Source of the DNA: an uncultured Acidobacteriota bacterium
GTDB taxonomy: Bacteria; Acidobacteriota; Vicinamibacteria; Vicinamibacterales; SCN-69-37
NCBI GenBank assembly: GCA_963751445.1
Contig: CAVVUL010000008.1
Coordinates: 201,803 to 265,802 of the forward strand
Direction of reading: 5' to 3'
Length of the DNA stretch: 64,000 nucleotides
Shown: piece after piece, positions 1 through 9,827 of the stretch
How the letters are laid out: the number at the start of each line of letters is the position of its first letter
Position numbering within the stretch: position 1 is the stretch's first letter
Position numbers and translations under genes: made by a program
The notes under the pieces: generated by a model
The model's database searches: none
The model's input: the letters and a program-made list of their open reading frames with translations, nothing else
Told to the model about the DNA's origin: nothing

Positions 1-685
1 CACGCTCGAAACCACGGGCCGCGTGTCGTTCGGCAGCGCCGGCTCGGTCGCCATTGACGATCTGTTCTCGGGCGACGGCGTCGCAGCGCCCGCCGCGACG
101 ATTATCACCGCCGCGATCGGCGCGGCCGCCGCGAATGAGTTCCGGCCCGCGCTGGCCGAAAGTCTCGACCTCACGGTGCGCGTCTCCGAGCGCATCGAGA
201 TGACGACCATCGAGCGCGCGTGGCTCGATACGACGAAGCCGCAGGCCGGCGCCACCCACACGCTCCAGGTGCTCCTCCGCGATTACCGTGGCAGCACAGA
301 GACGATCTCGATTCCGGTCACCATGCCCTCGCAGCCCGGGCCGGTGACGCTGCTCGTCGCCGATGCGCCGACGCTGTCGGCGCTCGAAGATCGCGATCTC
401 CGCCCCGGCCGGCCGACGTCATGGCCGGACCTGCTCACTCGCCTGAACAGCGCGCGGCGCAACAACCGGCTGTACGTCCGGCTGATCTCCTCGAGCACCG
501 GCACTGTCGTAGGCGGCGCGGCGCTGCCCGCGCTCCCCGCATCCGTGCGCTCCGTCTATGAAGAGGACAAGACCGTTTCGACCGCGCCGGTCGCGAAGAC
601 GGTCGTCGGCGCCTGGGAACAGCGCCTGTCCCGCATGGTTCGCGGTTCACGCGAGCTCTCTCTTGTCGTGACCGTTCGGAAATAG
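1..685 (+). CDS. hypothetical protein, C-terminal part (gene starts upstream of window)
   Basis: The frame of ORF 23..685 stays open back to position 2, so the gene begins upstream. GC3-rich codon usage matches the recognisable genes here. No motif recognised. Confidence 0.5.
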   Translation, partial: TLETTGRVSFGSAGSVAIDDLFSGDGVAAPAATIITAAIGAAAANEFRPALAESLDLTVRVSERIEMTTIERAWLDTTKPQAGATHTLQVLLRDYRGSTETISIPVTMPSQPGPVTLLVADAPTLSALEDRDLRPGRPTSWPDLLTRLNSARRNNRLYVRLISSSTGTVVGGAALPALPASVRSVYEEDKTVSTAPVAKTVVGAWEQRLSRMVRGSRELSLVVTVRK

Positions 686-699
686 GACTGCCACCATAT

Positions 700-2862
700 A
701 TGCGACTGATGCGCGTTCGATCGCTCCTGCTCCTGGCACTTGCCGCCCTGTCGGGCGCGACGATGCTCGCGTCGGGCCCGGCGTTCTGGACGATCGCGAC
801 CACCGCCGATTTCCTGAAGGGGACGTCGGACGGCGTGTCGATCAGCGCCCAGGGCGTGCTGACAGCCGGACCGCAGCTCACGAACCGGCTCAGCGGATCG
901 CCGGCGCAGGTCTGGTGCGTGGCCCAGGCGGTGGACAACACGATTTGGGCCGGCACCGGCGGCGATGGCCGCCTGCTGCGGCTGAGACCGGGCCAACCCG
1001 AGGAAACGGCCTTCGATGCCGACGAGACCAACATCTTCGCCGTCGCGATCTCCGGGACCCGCATCTATGCCGCCAGTTCGCCGGATGGCCGCGTGTACGT
1101 GATCGACGGCGCCGCGCCCGCGCGCGTCTTCTTCGATCCGTCGGAGAAGTACATCTGGGCGCTCGCCGTGGACGCCTCAGGCCGGCTGTGGATTGGCGCC
1201 GGCTCTCCGGCGGTGGTGTACCGCGTCGATCCCGACGGCACGGGCAAGCCAATCTATCGACCGTCCGCCGGCCACGTCGTCGCGCTCGCGCGCGACAACG
1301 ACGGCCGGATGCTGGCCGGCACCGAATCCCCGGGACGACTCTATCGATTCGGGTCGGACGACCGGCCGTTCGCGCTGCTGGATTCGGGGCTCACCGAAAT
1401 GCGGGCGATCTCCGTCGCGAGTAACGGCGCGATCTACGCCGCCGCGATGCAGCGAGCCGACGATGCCGTGAGCAGCGCCACCACGCCGGCCACGTCCACG
1501 GCTGGCGCGACGCCCGCCGCGACGACATCGCCCACGCCGGCCCCCACCGGCGCCTCCGCGAGCGCGTCAAGCACCGGGCGCTCGGTGCTCTATCGCATCG
1601 ACTCGTCCGGCAGTTGGGAAACCGCCTGGGAAACGACAGACCTGATCTATGACCTGGCGGCCGGCGCGGACGAAGCGGTCCTCATCGCCACCGGGCCGGA
1701 CGGACGCTTGTATCGGCTCGAACGTGGCCGCGCGGTCGTGCTCGTGACCGGCGTAGACGCGAAGCAGATCACCCGCTTCGCGGGCCGTCCGGGCGCGGAC
1801 GCCCGCGCCGTGACGTTCGCGACCGCGAATCCCGGCCGCGTGCTCACGCCGACCGGGGCCGATCAGTCGCCGGCCACGTTCACGTCGGCGGTGCGGGATT
1901 CCAGGAGTCTGGCGACGTGGGGCCTGATTCGCTGGGAAGCCACGGGCGCCGTCGCGCTCTGGACCCGATCGGGCAATACCGATATCCCAGACGACTCCTG
2001 GAGCGACTGGACCGGACCGCACGCGGCGAAACTGGGCGAGCCCATCAAGAGCCCGCCGGCCCGCTTCGTGCAGTGGAGGGCCGTGTTGACGCGCACGGCC
2101 GATGCGGCGCCGGCGCAGCTGACATCCGTCACCGTCGCGTACCTCCCGCGGAACTCGCGCCCGTCCGTGACGTCCATCACCGTCTATCCGCCCGGCGTGG
2201 TGTTCCAGCGGCCGTTTTCGAGCGACGACGGCGCGATTGCGGGACTCGACGATGCGACGGCGCTCGCGCGTCGCCCGCCCGGCGATCCCGATCTGCCGAC
2301 GTCCGCATCCGGCAAGCGGATGTTCCAGAAGGGATTGCAGACGCTCGCGTGGAAAGCCGACGACGCCGACGGCGATCGCCTGACCTACGCGCTGCAGTAC
2401 CGGCGCGAGGGCGAGACGACGTGGCGGGATCTGCGGAGCGGACTCCTCGATCCGCTGTTCGTGTGGGACACCACGTCGGTGCCGGACGGCCGCTACCTGG
2501 TGCGCGTGCTGGCCTCGGACGCCTCCAGCAACGCCGCCGAGCGGGCGCTCTCGGGCGATCGTGAAAGCGATGCGATTGACATCGACAACACGCCGCCGCA
2601 AATCACGCTGTCCGCGACCCGCCAGGGCACCGCGACGCGCCTGACGGCCCAGGTGCACGACGCGCAGAGCCCGATCCTGAAGGTCGAGTATGCGCTTGCC
2701 GGTGGCCCGTGGCAGTTGGTGGCTCCGGTGGACGGACTCGCGGACTCGCCCGACGAGCGGTACGAGATCACCCTGCCCGCCGGCACGGACGCTGCGCGCG
2801 TCGTCGTGCGCGCGACCGATCAGTTGCAGAATGTCTCGTCGGCGGCTGCGGGCGGCCGGTAA
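700..2862 (+). CDS. secreted beta-propeller repeat protein with C-terminal Ig/Fn3-like region, function unknown
   Basis: Uninterrupted 720-aa ORF. N-terminal signal-like MRLMRVRSLLLLALAALSGATMLASG. Repeated blade-like motifs (DGRVYVID, GRLWIGAG, VVYRVDPDG, GRLYRFG, GRLYRLE). Thr/Ala/Pro linker, then a beta-rich C-terminus. Confidence 0.6.
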   Translation: MRLMRVRSLLLLALAALSGATMLASGPAFWTIATTADFLKGTSDGVSISAQGVLTAGPQLTNRLSGSPAQVWCVAQAVDNTIWAGTGGDGRLLRLRPGQPEETAFDADETNIFAVAISGTRIYAASSPDGRVYVIDGAAPARVFFDPSEKYIWALAVDASGRLWIGAGSPAVVYRVDPDGTGKPIYRPSAGHVVALARDNDGRMLAGTESPGRLYRFGSDDRPFALLDSGLTEMRAISVASNGAIYAAAMQRADDAVSSATTPATSTAGATPAATTSPTPAPTGASASASSTGRSVLYRIDSSGSWETAWETTDLIYDLAAGADEAVLIATGPDGRLYRLERGRAVVLVTGVDAKQITRFAGRPGADARAVTFATANPGRVLTPTGADQSPATFTSAVRDSRSLATWGLIRWEATGAVALWTRSGNTDIPDDSWSDWTGPHAAKLGEPIKSPPARFVQWRAVLTRTADAAPAQLTSVTVAYLPRNSRPSVTSITVYPPGVVFQRPFSSDDGAIAGLDDATALARRPPGDPDLPTSASGKRMFQKGLQTLAWKADDADGDRLTYALQYRREGETTWRDLRSGLLDPLFVWDTTSVPDGRYLVRVLASDASSNAAERALSGDRESDAIDIDNTPPQITLSATRQGTATRLTAQVHDAQSPILKVEYALAGGPWQLVAPVDGLADSPDERYEITLPAGTDAARVVVRATDQLQNVSSAAAGGR

Positions 2863-2869
2863 GGCAGGA

Positions 2870-3637
2870 CTAGTCGAGTCCCTTCGCCGTCACGTCGGTG
2901 TTCGCCACCAGGTGCAGGCGCAGGACGGTCAGCGGACTCACAGGATCAACGGACTGCTCGGCGCCGCGCACACGCGCGATGTTGTCCAGCAGCCACTCGG
3001 TATGACGGCGCTTGGCTTCCGGCATCGCCGCGAGTTGGACGAGCCCGTCCCCCCCTCCGAGAGCCTGGCCCAGCGCGTCCACGAGCTGCCGCTCGCCAAT
3101 GGTGCGGCGAAGGACTGGCGGCAGCGACGACAGCGTCTCGTCACCGGTGTCCAATTGCACCAGCATCACGTCGCCGCCCTTCTGCGAGACCTCCGCGTAG
3201 AGGGAGCCGGGTGAGGCGCTCAAGCTGAAGCCCAGTGACGAGAGCGAGGCGGCGTTCGGCGTCGCCGTGCTGAACACCAACATGACCGAACACACCAGCA
3301 TGGCCAGGAACGTCGACGTCACCGCGCCACCGCCGACGATGACCCAGTGCCAGTCCTCGACCGCGCGGCCGAGGCCCGACCGCCAGGAGAAATACGACTC
3401 GGCGCGCACGCGCGCGACGACGCCGGCCGCGAGGCCGGCCGGAATCGGATGTCGGTATTCCCCGGCCACGGTGTCTCGAATCACGCGGCCCAGGTGACGC
3501 CGGATCTCCGCTTCGTCGGCGCACGCCCGGCAGGCGTCGAGATGCTCCGTCACGTGACGCAATTCGACTCCGCGCAATTCGCCGTCCACGAACGCGTCGA
3601 TCTCTTCGCGAATCAGGTCGCAATCAGCCGTGATCAT
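2870..3637 (-). CDS. anti-sigma factor, zf-HC2 type, membrane-anchored
   Basis: Starts MITADCDLIREEIDAFVDGEL. H-x3-C-x2-C motif (HLDACRAC). One TM segment (WVIVGGGAVTSTFLAMLVCSVMLVF). Its ATG overlaps the upstream sigma gene stop as ATGA at 3634-3637. Confidence 0.7.
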   Translation of the reverse strand: MITADCDLIREEIDAFVDGELRGVELRHVTEHLDACRACADEAEIRRHLGRVIRDTVAGEYRHPIPAGLAAGVVARVRAESYFSWRSGLGRAVEDWHWVIVGGGAVTSTFLAMLVCSVMLVFSTATPNAASLSSLGFSLSASPGSLYAEVSQKGGDVMLVQLDTGDETLSSLPPVLRRTIGERQLVDALGQALGGGDGLVQLAAMPEAKRRHTEWLLDNIARVRGAEQSVDPVSPLTVLRLHLVANTDVTAKGLD

Positions 3638-4251
3638 TGGGCACCCAGCGCGAGGCGTAACCCCTCGCGCGCTCTCGCCAGTCGCGACTTCACGGTTCCC
3701 ACGGCGACGTCCAGCGACGTGGCGATTTCCTCGTAACTCAAGCCGTCGATCTCCCGCAGCACGATGACGGCCCGCTGATCGAACGGCAGACCGTTCACCG
3801 CGTGCCACACGCGGTCGCTCGTTTCCCGCTGCTGCAGCACCCGATCGGGCTGGCTCGAGAGGCGCGCTTCGGGCAGTTCCGTGCCCGTGGCCGCCAGATC
3901 CTCGAGCCGGACCTGCTGCGAACGATGGCGCCGGCGCCACCACCGCTGCCGGTTCGACGCCTGGGTCACGACGATGCGGTAGATCCAGGTGCGCAGGGTG
4001 GACTGCCCGCGAAACTGCTTCAGGGTCCGGAAGACCCGGAGGAACACTTCCTGCGACAGGTCGAGCGCTTCCTGCCGGTCGCCCAGCAAATGCAGGGCGA
4101 GCTGGTAGACCATCCGCTGGTGGTCGGTGACCAGCCGGGTGCAGGCCTCTTCGCTGCCGGAGGCGCACTCCTGCACCAACGCCCAGTCGGCGGTGGCGGC
4201 TTCAGACCACGCCAGCACTCGAAACGTCTTCACAGCGCCCTCTAAGGCCAT
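3634..4251 (-). CDS. ECF (sigma-70 family, RpoE-like) RNA polymerase sigma factor
   Basis: Region 2 (LALHLLGDRQEALDLSQEVFLRVF) and region 4 HTH (REIDGLSYEEIATSLDVAVGTVKSRLARAR). Start chosen at MALEG, residue 57 of ORF 3634..4419. The upstream part of that ORF is Arg-rich and non-protein-like. Confidence 0.8.
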   Translation of the reverse strand: MALEGAVKTFRVLAWSEAATADWALVQECASGSEEACTRLVTDHQRMVYQLALHLLGDRQEALDLSQEVFLRVFRTLKQFRGQSTLRTWIYRIVVTQASNRQRWWRRRHRSQQVRLEDLAATGTELPEARLSSQPDRVLQQRETSDRVWHAVNGLPFDQRAVIVLREIDGLSYEEIATSLDVAVGTVKSRLARAREGLRLALGAQ

Positions 4252-4333
4252 GGTAGCACCCGGCTGAACCATGCCGGCCTGTGTAGTGTTAGACCCCGAT
4301 CGGGCCGTGGAGTTCCCGCGTACACTGGGGCGC

Positions 4334-5729
4334 ATGCGCGGTATCCGGGCCCGAATCGCCCTGGCAGCGGCACTGCTGGCCGCCGCCGTCGGCGGCACCG
4401 CCCTCTTCCAGCGGTTCAATTCCGACCGGCAGTACCGCCACCTGCTGGCCGCCGGCGAGGAGGCGCTCGCCGCGGGGGAATCCTACCGGGCCGTCGAAGC
4501 CTTCAGCGGCGCCCTCGCCTTCCGCCCCAAGTCGATGGTCGCGTATCTCAGACGAGGTGCGGCCTATCGGGCGCAGCATCGGGACGAGGAGGCCATCCGG
4601 GACTGGCGCGAGGCCACGCAACTCGCCCCCGAGGCGCCACAGCCCCTGGTGGCGCTCGGTGATCTGTTCGACGCCCGCGGTGAATTCAGCCAGTCGGCGC
4701 AGTGGTACGGGCGTGCCGTCGAGCGCCTGAAGGACGAGGACCCGTCGCTGCTCTACCGCCTCGCGCTGGCGCGCTATCGGGCTGGCGCGCCGGCGGCGGC
4801 CATCGATCCGCTCCAACGCGCCCTGGCTCGGAACGATGCGTCCGCGGAAGGGCACTACCTGCTGGGACTGCTCTACCGCGACATCAACAACCGGAGCCGC
4901 GCGATCCAGTCGACCGAAGCCGCACTGGCGATCGAACCGAACCTGACGCCCGCGCGCGAGGAGCTCGCCGATCTCTATCGCGCGGAAGGCCGGGTGGTGG
5001 ACGAGATGGCGCAACTCCAGATCCTCGCCCGCGGACGGCCAGACCGTTCGCAAGGTGGCGATCGGGCTGGCGGAAGCGCGGCAGGGCCAGCTGGACGCGG
5101 CGCTCGGCACGCTCTCCGGCGCGCTCGACGCGGATCAGAACGACTCGCGCGTGCTGCTCGCCATCGGGCGCGTCTACATCGCCCGCGCCGAGCGCGGCCG
5201 CGGCGCCGAGGCCATCCCGCGCGCCATCGCGGCCCTCGAACGCGCGCTGGGCGGCACCGCCCGCCGCAGCGAAGGCCTCGCGCTCTACGGGCGCGCGCTC
5301 TCGTTGTCGGGCCACGACATCGAAGCGGAACGGATCCTCACGGACGCCGTCGCCACATCGCCCGTCGCCACCGAGGCCTTCGGGTTTCTCGCGGACGCCG
5401 CTGAACACCTGGGCCACAGCCTCATCGCCCGCGACGCGCTGATGAATCTCGACGCGCTGGATGGCGACACGGCCCCCCCGGGGACACGGATAGACCGCGC
5501 CAGCCGCATCGGCGACCTGTCCATGCGGGCGGGCGATTACAAGATTGCGGCGCCGTATCTCTCGCGGGTGATGGACGGCCGCCCGAACGACGTGGCCACG
5601 CTGGGCATGCTGGCGGAAGCCCGCTGGCGCCTGGGCGACGCCGCCGGTGCGAAGGACGTGCTGGCCAAGGCGCTCGCACTCAGTCCGAACGACCCTCGCT
5701 TGCAGCGCGTGGCAAAACTCGTGCGCTGA
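4334..5729 (+). CDS. TPR repeat protein with N-terminal membrane anchor; one frame break
   Basis: MRGIRARIALAAALLAAAVGG anchor followed by TPR-like helices. ORF 4271..5404 continues in ORF 5055..5729 (..QILA|ADGQTVRKVAIGLAEARQGQ..). The break maps to an extra C in the CCC run at 5028-5030. Confidence 0.65.
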
Positions 5730-5758
5730 CCCGCCTTCGCCCTGCGGGCTTCGGCGGG
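5730..5758. terminator. GC-rich hairpin between convergent genes (candidate bidirectional terminator)
   Basis: CCCGCCTTCGCCC-TGC-GGGCTTCGGCGGG. The outer 6-bp and inner 4-bp stems are complementary, with a TTC/TTC internal loop. It sits directly after the TPR gene stop at 5727-5729. Confidence 0.4.
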
Positions 5759-5770
5759 CAAGCCCGATCG

Positions 5771-5845
5771 TTCCCGTCGTTCCCCAGTTCTCCAGTTCCC
5801 GTCGTTCCCCAGTTCCCGTCGTTCCCCAGTTCCCCAGTTCCCTCA
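5771..5845. repeat. tandem array of 8-9 nt units (TTCCCGTCG / TTCCCCAG), about 9 units
   Basis: Read directly: ttcccgtcg ttccccag ttctccag ttcccgtcg ttccccag ttcccgtcg ttccccag ttccccag ttccctca. The 17-mer TTCCCGTCGTTCCCCAG occurs three times (5771, 5796, 5813). The last unit contains the stop codon of the sigma54 activator. Confidence 0.8.
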
Positions 5846-8503
5846 CGCCACTCCAGCCGCGTCCTCCTCCGGCGCCAGACCCAGCCGGCGCAAGGCCTTC
5901 GTGAGTCCCTGCCGGGACAGGCCGAGTTCGATCGCGGCGGCGCTCCGCCGGCCGGCGTGACGCACGAGCGCGGCGGTGATTACGCGGCGCTCGAACGTAC
6001 GCCGTGCGATCTCGAGTCGCACACCCGGCATCTCACCTGCCACGGCGACGTGCGACAGCACCTGTTCCACGTGACGCGCACCGACGCGTCCGCGGAACGG
6101 GGACGCCACGACCAGGCCCGCCACGACATTCTGCAGTTCTCGCACGTTGCCCGGCCACGGGTGCCTCGTGAGGCGCGCGATGGCATCGGGCCCCAGCAGT
6201 GCCCGCGTGCCGGCCTCAGCCGCGGCCCGGCGCCAGAACACCTGCGCCAGCGAGGGCACGTCCTCGAGACGTTCTCGCAACGACGGCAGCCGAATCCGGA
6301 TCACGGCGAGGCGGAATCGGAGGTCGTCCCGGAACCGGCCGCTCCCCACCGCCTCCGTCAGCGGCACGTTGCAGGCCGCAACAATCCGCACGTCGATGGG
6401 TCGCGGCTGGTTCTCGCCGACGCGGCGGATTTCCCGCTCCTGCAGCGTGCGCAGGAGCTTGGCCTGGGCGCGCGGCGACAGTTCGGTCACCTCGTCCAGA
6501 AACAGCGTGCCGCCGTGCGCCTCTTCGAACAGGCCCGCTCGCGGCCCGACCGCGCCCGTGAACGCCCCGCGCGCATGTCCGAACAGTTCGGCCTCCACCA
6601 GCTCGTCGGTCAGCGCCGCGCAATTCACGGCGCTCAGCCGATGGTCACGGCGCGGGCCGAGGCGATGCAACGCGCGGGCCACCAGTTCCTTCCCCGTGCC
6701 GCTCTCGCCTTCGATCAACACCGGAAATGGCGCCGACGCCGCTCGAACCACCGCCTCGCGCACGGCTTCCATCAGCGGACTGTCGCCCACGATCTCGGGG
6801 ATCGAGTGGCGAGCCCGCTGACCGGCCGTGAGCGTGTCGAGGCGCGCGCGCAGCGCCGATCCGCACACCGCGGCCACGGCCTGCGACGCCTGCTGCAGCG
6901 CGGGTCGATCCGACGCACGGCCGAACACCACCACATGGCCCGTGGTCACGCCGCCGTACCGCACGGACACACCAAACCCGCCGGTAGCGGCGTCGTGATC
7001 CGGCAGACGAATGTCCCTCGACGGGCCGCGGAGGATCTCGGCAATCTCGCCTGTCAGGTCTGCGCGGCGCCAGCCTTCAGCCGCGACCAGCGTGGCGTGG
7101 TCGGCGGAGACGATCGCGGCGCGCAGCGCGCCGGCCTGCCGGCAGATCCACCGGCATCCGCCGACCAGGATACCCAGCTCATCCTCGGCTTCCTCAATCA
7201 GCGACATCAGGCCCGACAAACCGTCAACCAGGTGCATATCCCGTCTCCCCGAGGCTAAGAGTTCGATGCCGGGCACCACGGCCCGTCGCATGCGAGTCCA
7301 CGACGCCGGATCCCGGTCATCGGCGTCCTGCAGTCGGGCCGCGAGCCGCCGGCTGGCCGTGCCCTCCGGCCCAGGCCCCCGTGCGGCGCTCAGCAGCGCG
7401 CGCGCGTCAGCCGTGTCCTCGCGCGCCAGGAGGGCTCCGGCCGAGACCACCGCGGCCAGTCGCTGGCGTCGGCGCGCCAGCGCGTCGTGCCCCCGGACCA
7501 GTCGCATCAGATCGTCGACCCGTGGCGACAGATCGGCGGCGCGCGAACCGCGGATCAGCAGCACCCGCACCAGCGCGTGCCAGTAGCGATGCGCGAGGCT
7601 GTCGTCTCCCGCGCGGCCCAGTCGAATGGCGAGGGCCGCGAGCTGCGCCATGTCGTGGCCACCCCACGCCCGCGCCGCCCGCCAACCGTAGACATCGGGA
7701 TCCGCGTGCGCCGCGCTCATCACGAGCGGGTCCGAGCCGCGCCCCTGCCAGAAGTCCAGTTCCGCCAGGCGGCCGACCGCCGCCGTCGGCGCCGCGAGCC
7801 CTCGCAACGTGGCCTCGGCCGTAAGGCTCGACACCCAGGATCTGGCCCGGCCAAACTCCTCCCGCGCGATCAGCACGTCCGCGAACAACGCGCCGGCACT
7901 CGCATAGGTCGGCCAATCGGGACCGCGGCGAAGCAAATCAGCCGCGCGGCGGCCCGCCTCGTCTGTTCTGTCGACCTGCAGCAGGGCCTCGAGCAGCTGC
8001 ACCTCCACGAGCGCCGCCGACGCCGGATCGCCGTGCCGCCTGGCCGACTCGGCCGCCGCCACCATCCAGCGCTCGGCCATTCCCATGCGTCCGCGGCGCC
8101 GCCAGCGTTCCGCTCTCGCCAGCCGCAACGACCGCTCCGCGCTCGCGTGTCGCGGCACGCCGAAACCGCCCCCCGGGGTCGGTTTCGGCGCGTGCTCGTC
8201 GCCGAAGGTGATGACGATGTGCCGGCGGGGACTGGACTGGGCCAGCAGCCGCACCCAGTGGATGGCGACCGGCCTGGCCGCGTCCTCCTCGCACACGATC
8301 GCGACGTGCCGATGACACAGCGATTCCGGGAGGACGTCCGGCGCCTCCGCGCTGGCCAGTGCCGGCACGAAGCCGCTGCTCGATGTCACCAGCGCGAGTT
8401 CCCGGAAGAGCGCCAGCGGATCGCCGTCCGCCAGCGCCACGACCTCGACGCCGCCGTCCGGGTGCTCCATGGCGGTTCGAACGGGCTCGGCTATTTCATT
8501 CAC
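5843..8503 (-). CDS. sigma54-dependent transcriptional activator (AAA+ with GAFTGA, C-terminal Fis-type HTH) with a long non-receiver N-terminal region
   Basis: Walker A GESGTGKE, GAFTGA loop (GHARGAFTGA), Walker B FLDEV, WPGNVREL, and C-terminal HTH (AAIELGLSRQGLTKALRRLGL). The roughly 560-aa N-terminus is helical/TPR-like followed by a GAF-like segment. Start set at GTG 8503, with GGAGG 12 nt upstream. The ORF continues to 8989, but that part overlaps aroC. Confidence 0.8.
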   Translation of the reverse strand: MNEIAEPVRTAMEHPDGGVEVVALADGDPLALFRELALVTSSSGFVPALASAEAPDVLPESLCHRHVAIVCEEDAARPVAIHWVRLLAQSSPRRHIVITFGDEHAPKPTPGGGFGVPRHASAERSLRLARAERWRRRGRMGMAERWMVAAAESARRHGDPASAALVEVQLLEALLQVDRTDEAGRRAADLLRRGPDWPTYASAGALFADVLIAREEFGRARSWVSSLTAEATLRGLAAPTAAVGRLAELDFWQGRGSDPLVMSAAHADPDVYGWRAARAWGGHDMAQLAALAIRLGRAGDDSLAHRYWHALVRVLLIRGSRAADLSPRVDDLMRLVRGHDALARRRQRLAAVVSAGALLAREDTADARALLSAARGPGPEGTASRRLAARLQDADDRDPASWTRMRRAVVPGIELLASGRRDMHLVDGLSGLMSLIEEAEDELGILVGGCRWICRQAGALRAAIVSADHATLVAAEGWRRADLTGEIAEILRGPSRDIRLPDHDAATGGFGVSVRYGGVTTGHVVVFGRASDRPALQQASQAVAAVCGSALRARLDTLTAGQRARHSIPEIVGDSPLMEAVREAVVRAASAPFPVLIEGESGTGKELVARALHRLGPRRDHRLSAVNCAALTDELVEAELFGHARGAFTGAVGPRAGLFEEAHGGTLFLDEVTELSPRAQAKLLRTLQEREIRRVGENQPRPIDVRIVAACNVPLTEAVGSGRFRDDLRFRLAVIRIRLPSLRERLEDVPSLAQVFWRRAAAEAGTRALLGPDAIARLTRHPWPGNVRELQNVVAGLVVASPFRGRVGARHVEQVLSHVAVAGEMPGVRLEIARRTFERRVITAALVRHAGRRSAAAIELGLSRQGLTKALRRLGLAPEEDAAGVA

Positions 8504-8542
8504 GAGGCCCTCACGCCTCCCCTTTTGTGCAAGATCCGATCC

Positions 8543-8558
8543 CCGCGGAGTTCCGCGG
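8543..8558. promoter_or_regulatory. perfect palindrome CCGCGGA-GT-TCCGCGG in the divergent activator/aroC intergenic region
   Basis: 7+7 bp inverted repeat read directly. It lies between the divergent starts at 8503 (-) and 8613 (+). Function unknown. Confidence 0.3.
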
Positions 8559-8612
8559 CATTCGCAACACGGGCCGGAGCAGGTTGCAAATTTTCGATAG
8601 AATCCCCTCCGA

Positions 8613-9827
8613 GTGTTTCGTTTTCTTACAGCTGGTGAATCGCACGGACGCGCACTCGTGGTGATTGTCGAAGGCGCGCCGGCGGGCATGCCGCTCGCGG
8701 CCGCCGACCTCGACCGCGATCTGCGGCGCCGCCAACTCGGGTACGGCCGCGGCCAGCGCATGGCCATCGAACGCGACCGGGCGGAGATCCTCTCGGGTGT
8801 GCGTCGGGGCGTGACGCTCGGCAGCCCGATTGCCCTGCTCATTCCGAATCGTGATTGGGTCAACTGGCAGCACACCATGAGCCTCGAAGCTGACCCGCCG
8901 GCTGACGCGGGCGGCGCCCACCGGGCGCCCGTGACCCGGCCCCGGCCCGGACATGCGGACCTCGCCGCGGGCCTGAAGTACGGCCGCACGGACCTCCGCG
9001 ACGTGCTCGAGCGCGCCAGCGCGCGTGAAACCGCCGGGCGCGTGGCCGCCGGCGCGATCGCCCGCGTCCTGCTGCGTCACGTCGGTATCGAGATCGCCGC
9101 CCACGTCATCGAACTCGGCGGCGTCAGCGTCCCGGCCCCCCATGACGTGCCGTTCGCCACCGTGGCGGCGCTGGCGGAAGACGATCAGGTGCGCTGTGCC
9201 GACGCCGCCGCGGCAGCCACCATGACGCAGGCGATCGATCGGGCGCGCGACGCCGGCGACACGGTGGGCGGCGCCTTCGAGGTGATTGCCCACCGCGTGC
9301 CCGCCGGCCTCGGCAGCCACGTGCAGTGGGATCGCAAGATCGATGGCCGGCTGGCCCAGGCCCTGATGTCGATTCCGGCCATCAAGGCCGTCGGCTTCGG
9401 GTTGGCCGCGGATGTGGCGCGCGTGCACGGCTCGCTCGCCCATGACGAAGTCGTGCTCGCCCCTGCGGCCCCCACCGGCACGGTGCCTGGGCTCTCGCGG
9501 CCGACCAATCGCGCCGGCGGCGTCGAGGGCGGCGTGACCAACGGTGAAGACGTCCGCGTGACGGCCTGGATGAAGCCGATTTCCACCCTGATGAAACCCC
9601 TGCGGTCGGTCGATCTGCAGACGATGGAGGCATCGGCGGCGGCGATCGAGCGCAGCGACGTGTGCGCGGTGCCCGCGGCCGCGGTCGTCGGCGAGGCGAT
9701 GGTGGCGATCACGCTGGCGGACGCGCTCCTCGAGAAGTTCGGCGGCGACACGATCGATGAACTCGTCGCCGCCTGGCGGCGCTACGACGCGGCCCTCGCC
9801 GCGCGGCTCGCCCCGGAGTCGCACTGA
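8613..9827 (+). CDS. aroC: chorismate synthase
   Basis: Intact 404-aa ORF beginning (V)FRFLTAGESHGRALVVIVEG, with family-typical length and motifs. GTG start. Confidence 0.9.
   Translation: MFRFLTAGESHGRALVVIVEGAPAGMPLAAADLDRDLRRRQLGYGRGQRMAIERDRAEILSGVRRGVTLGSPIALLIPNRDWVNWQHTMSLEADPPADAGGAHRAPVTRPRPGHADLAAGLKYGRTDLRDVLERASARETAGRVAAGAIARVLLRHVGIEIAAHVIELGGVSVPAPHDVPFATVAALAEDDQVRCADAAAAATMTQAIDRARDAGDTVGGAFEVIAHRVPAGLGSHVQWDRKIDGRLAQALMSIPAIKAVGFGLAADVARVHGSLAHDEVVLAPAAPTGTVPGLSRPTNRAGGVEGGVTNGEDVRVTAWMKPISTLMKPLRSVDLQTMEASAAAIERSDVCAVPAAAVVGEAMVAITLADALLEKFGGDTIDELVAAWRRYDAALAARLAPESH

Noticed and set aside
8584-8603. TTGCAA ... TAGAAT as an aroC promoter
   Set aside because: The two hexamers are only 8 nt apart, which is incompatible with sigma70 spacing. 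No better -35 element lies at the correct distance.
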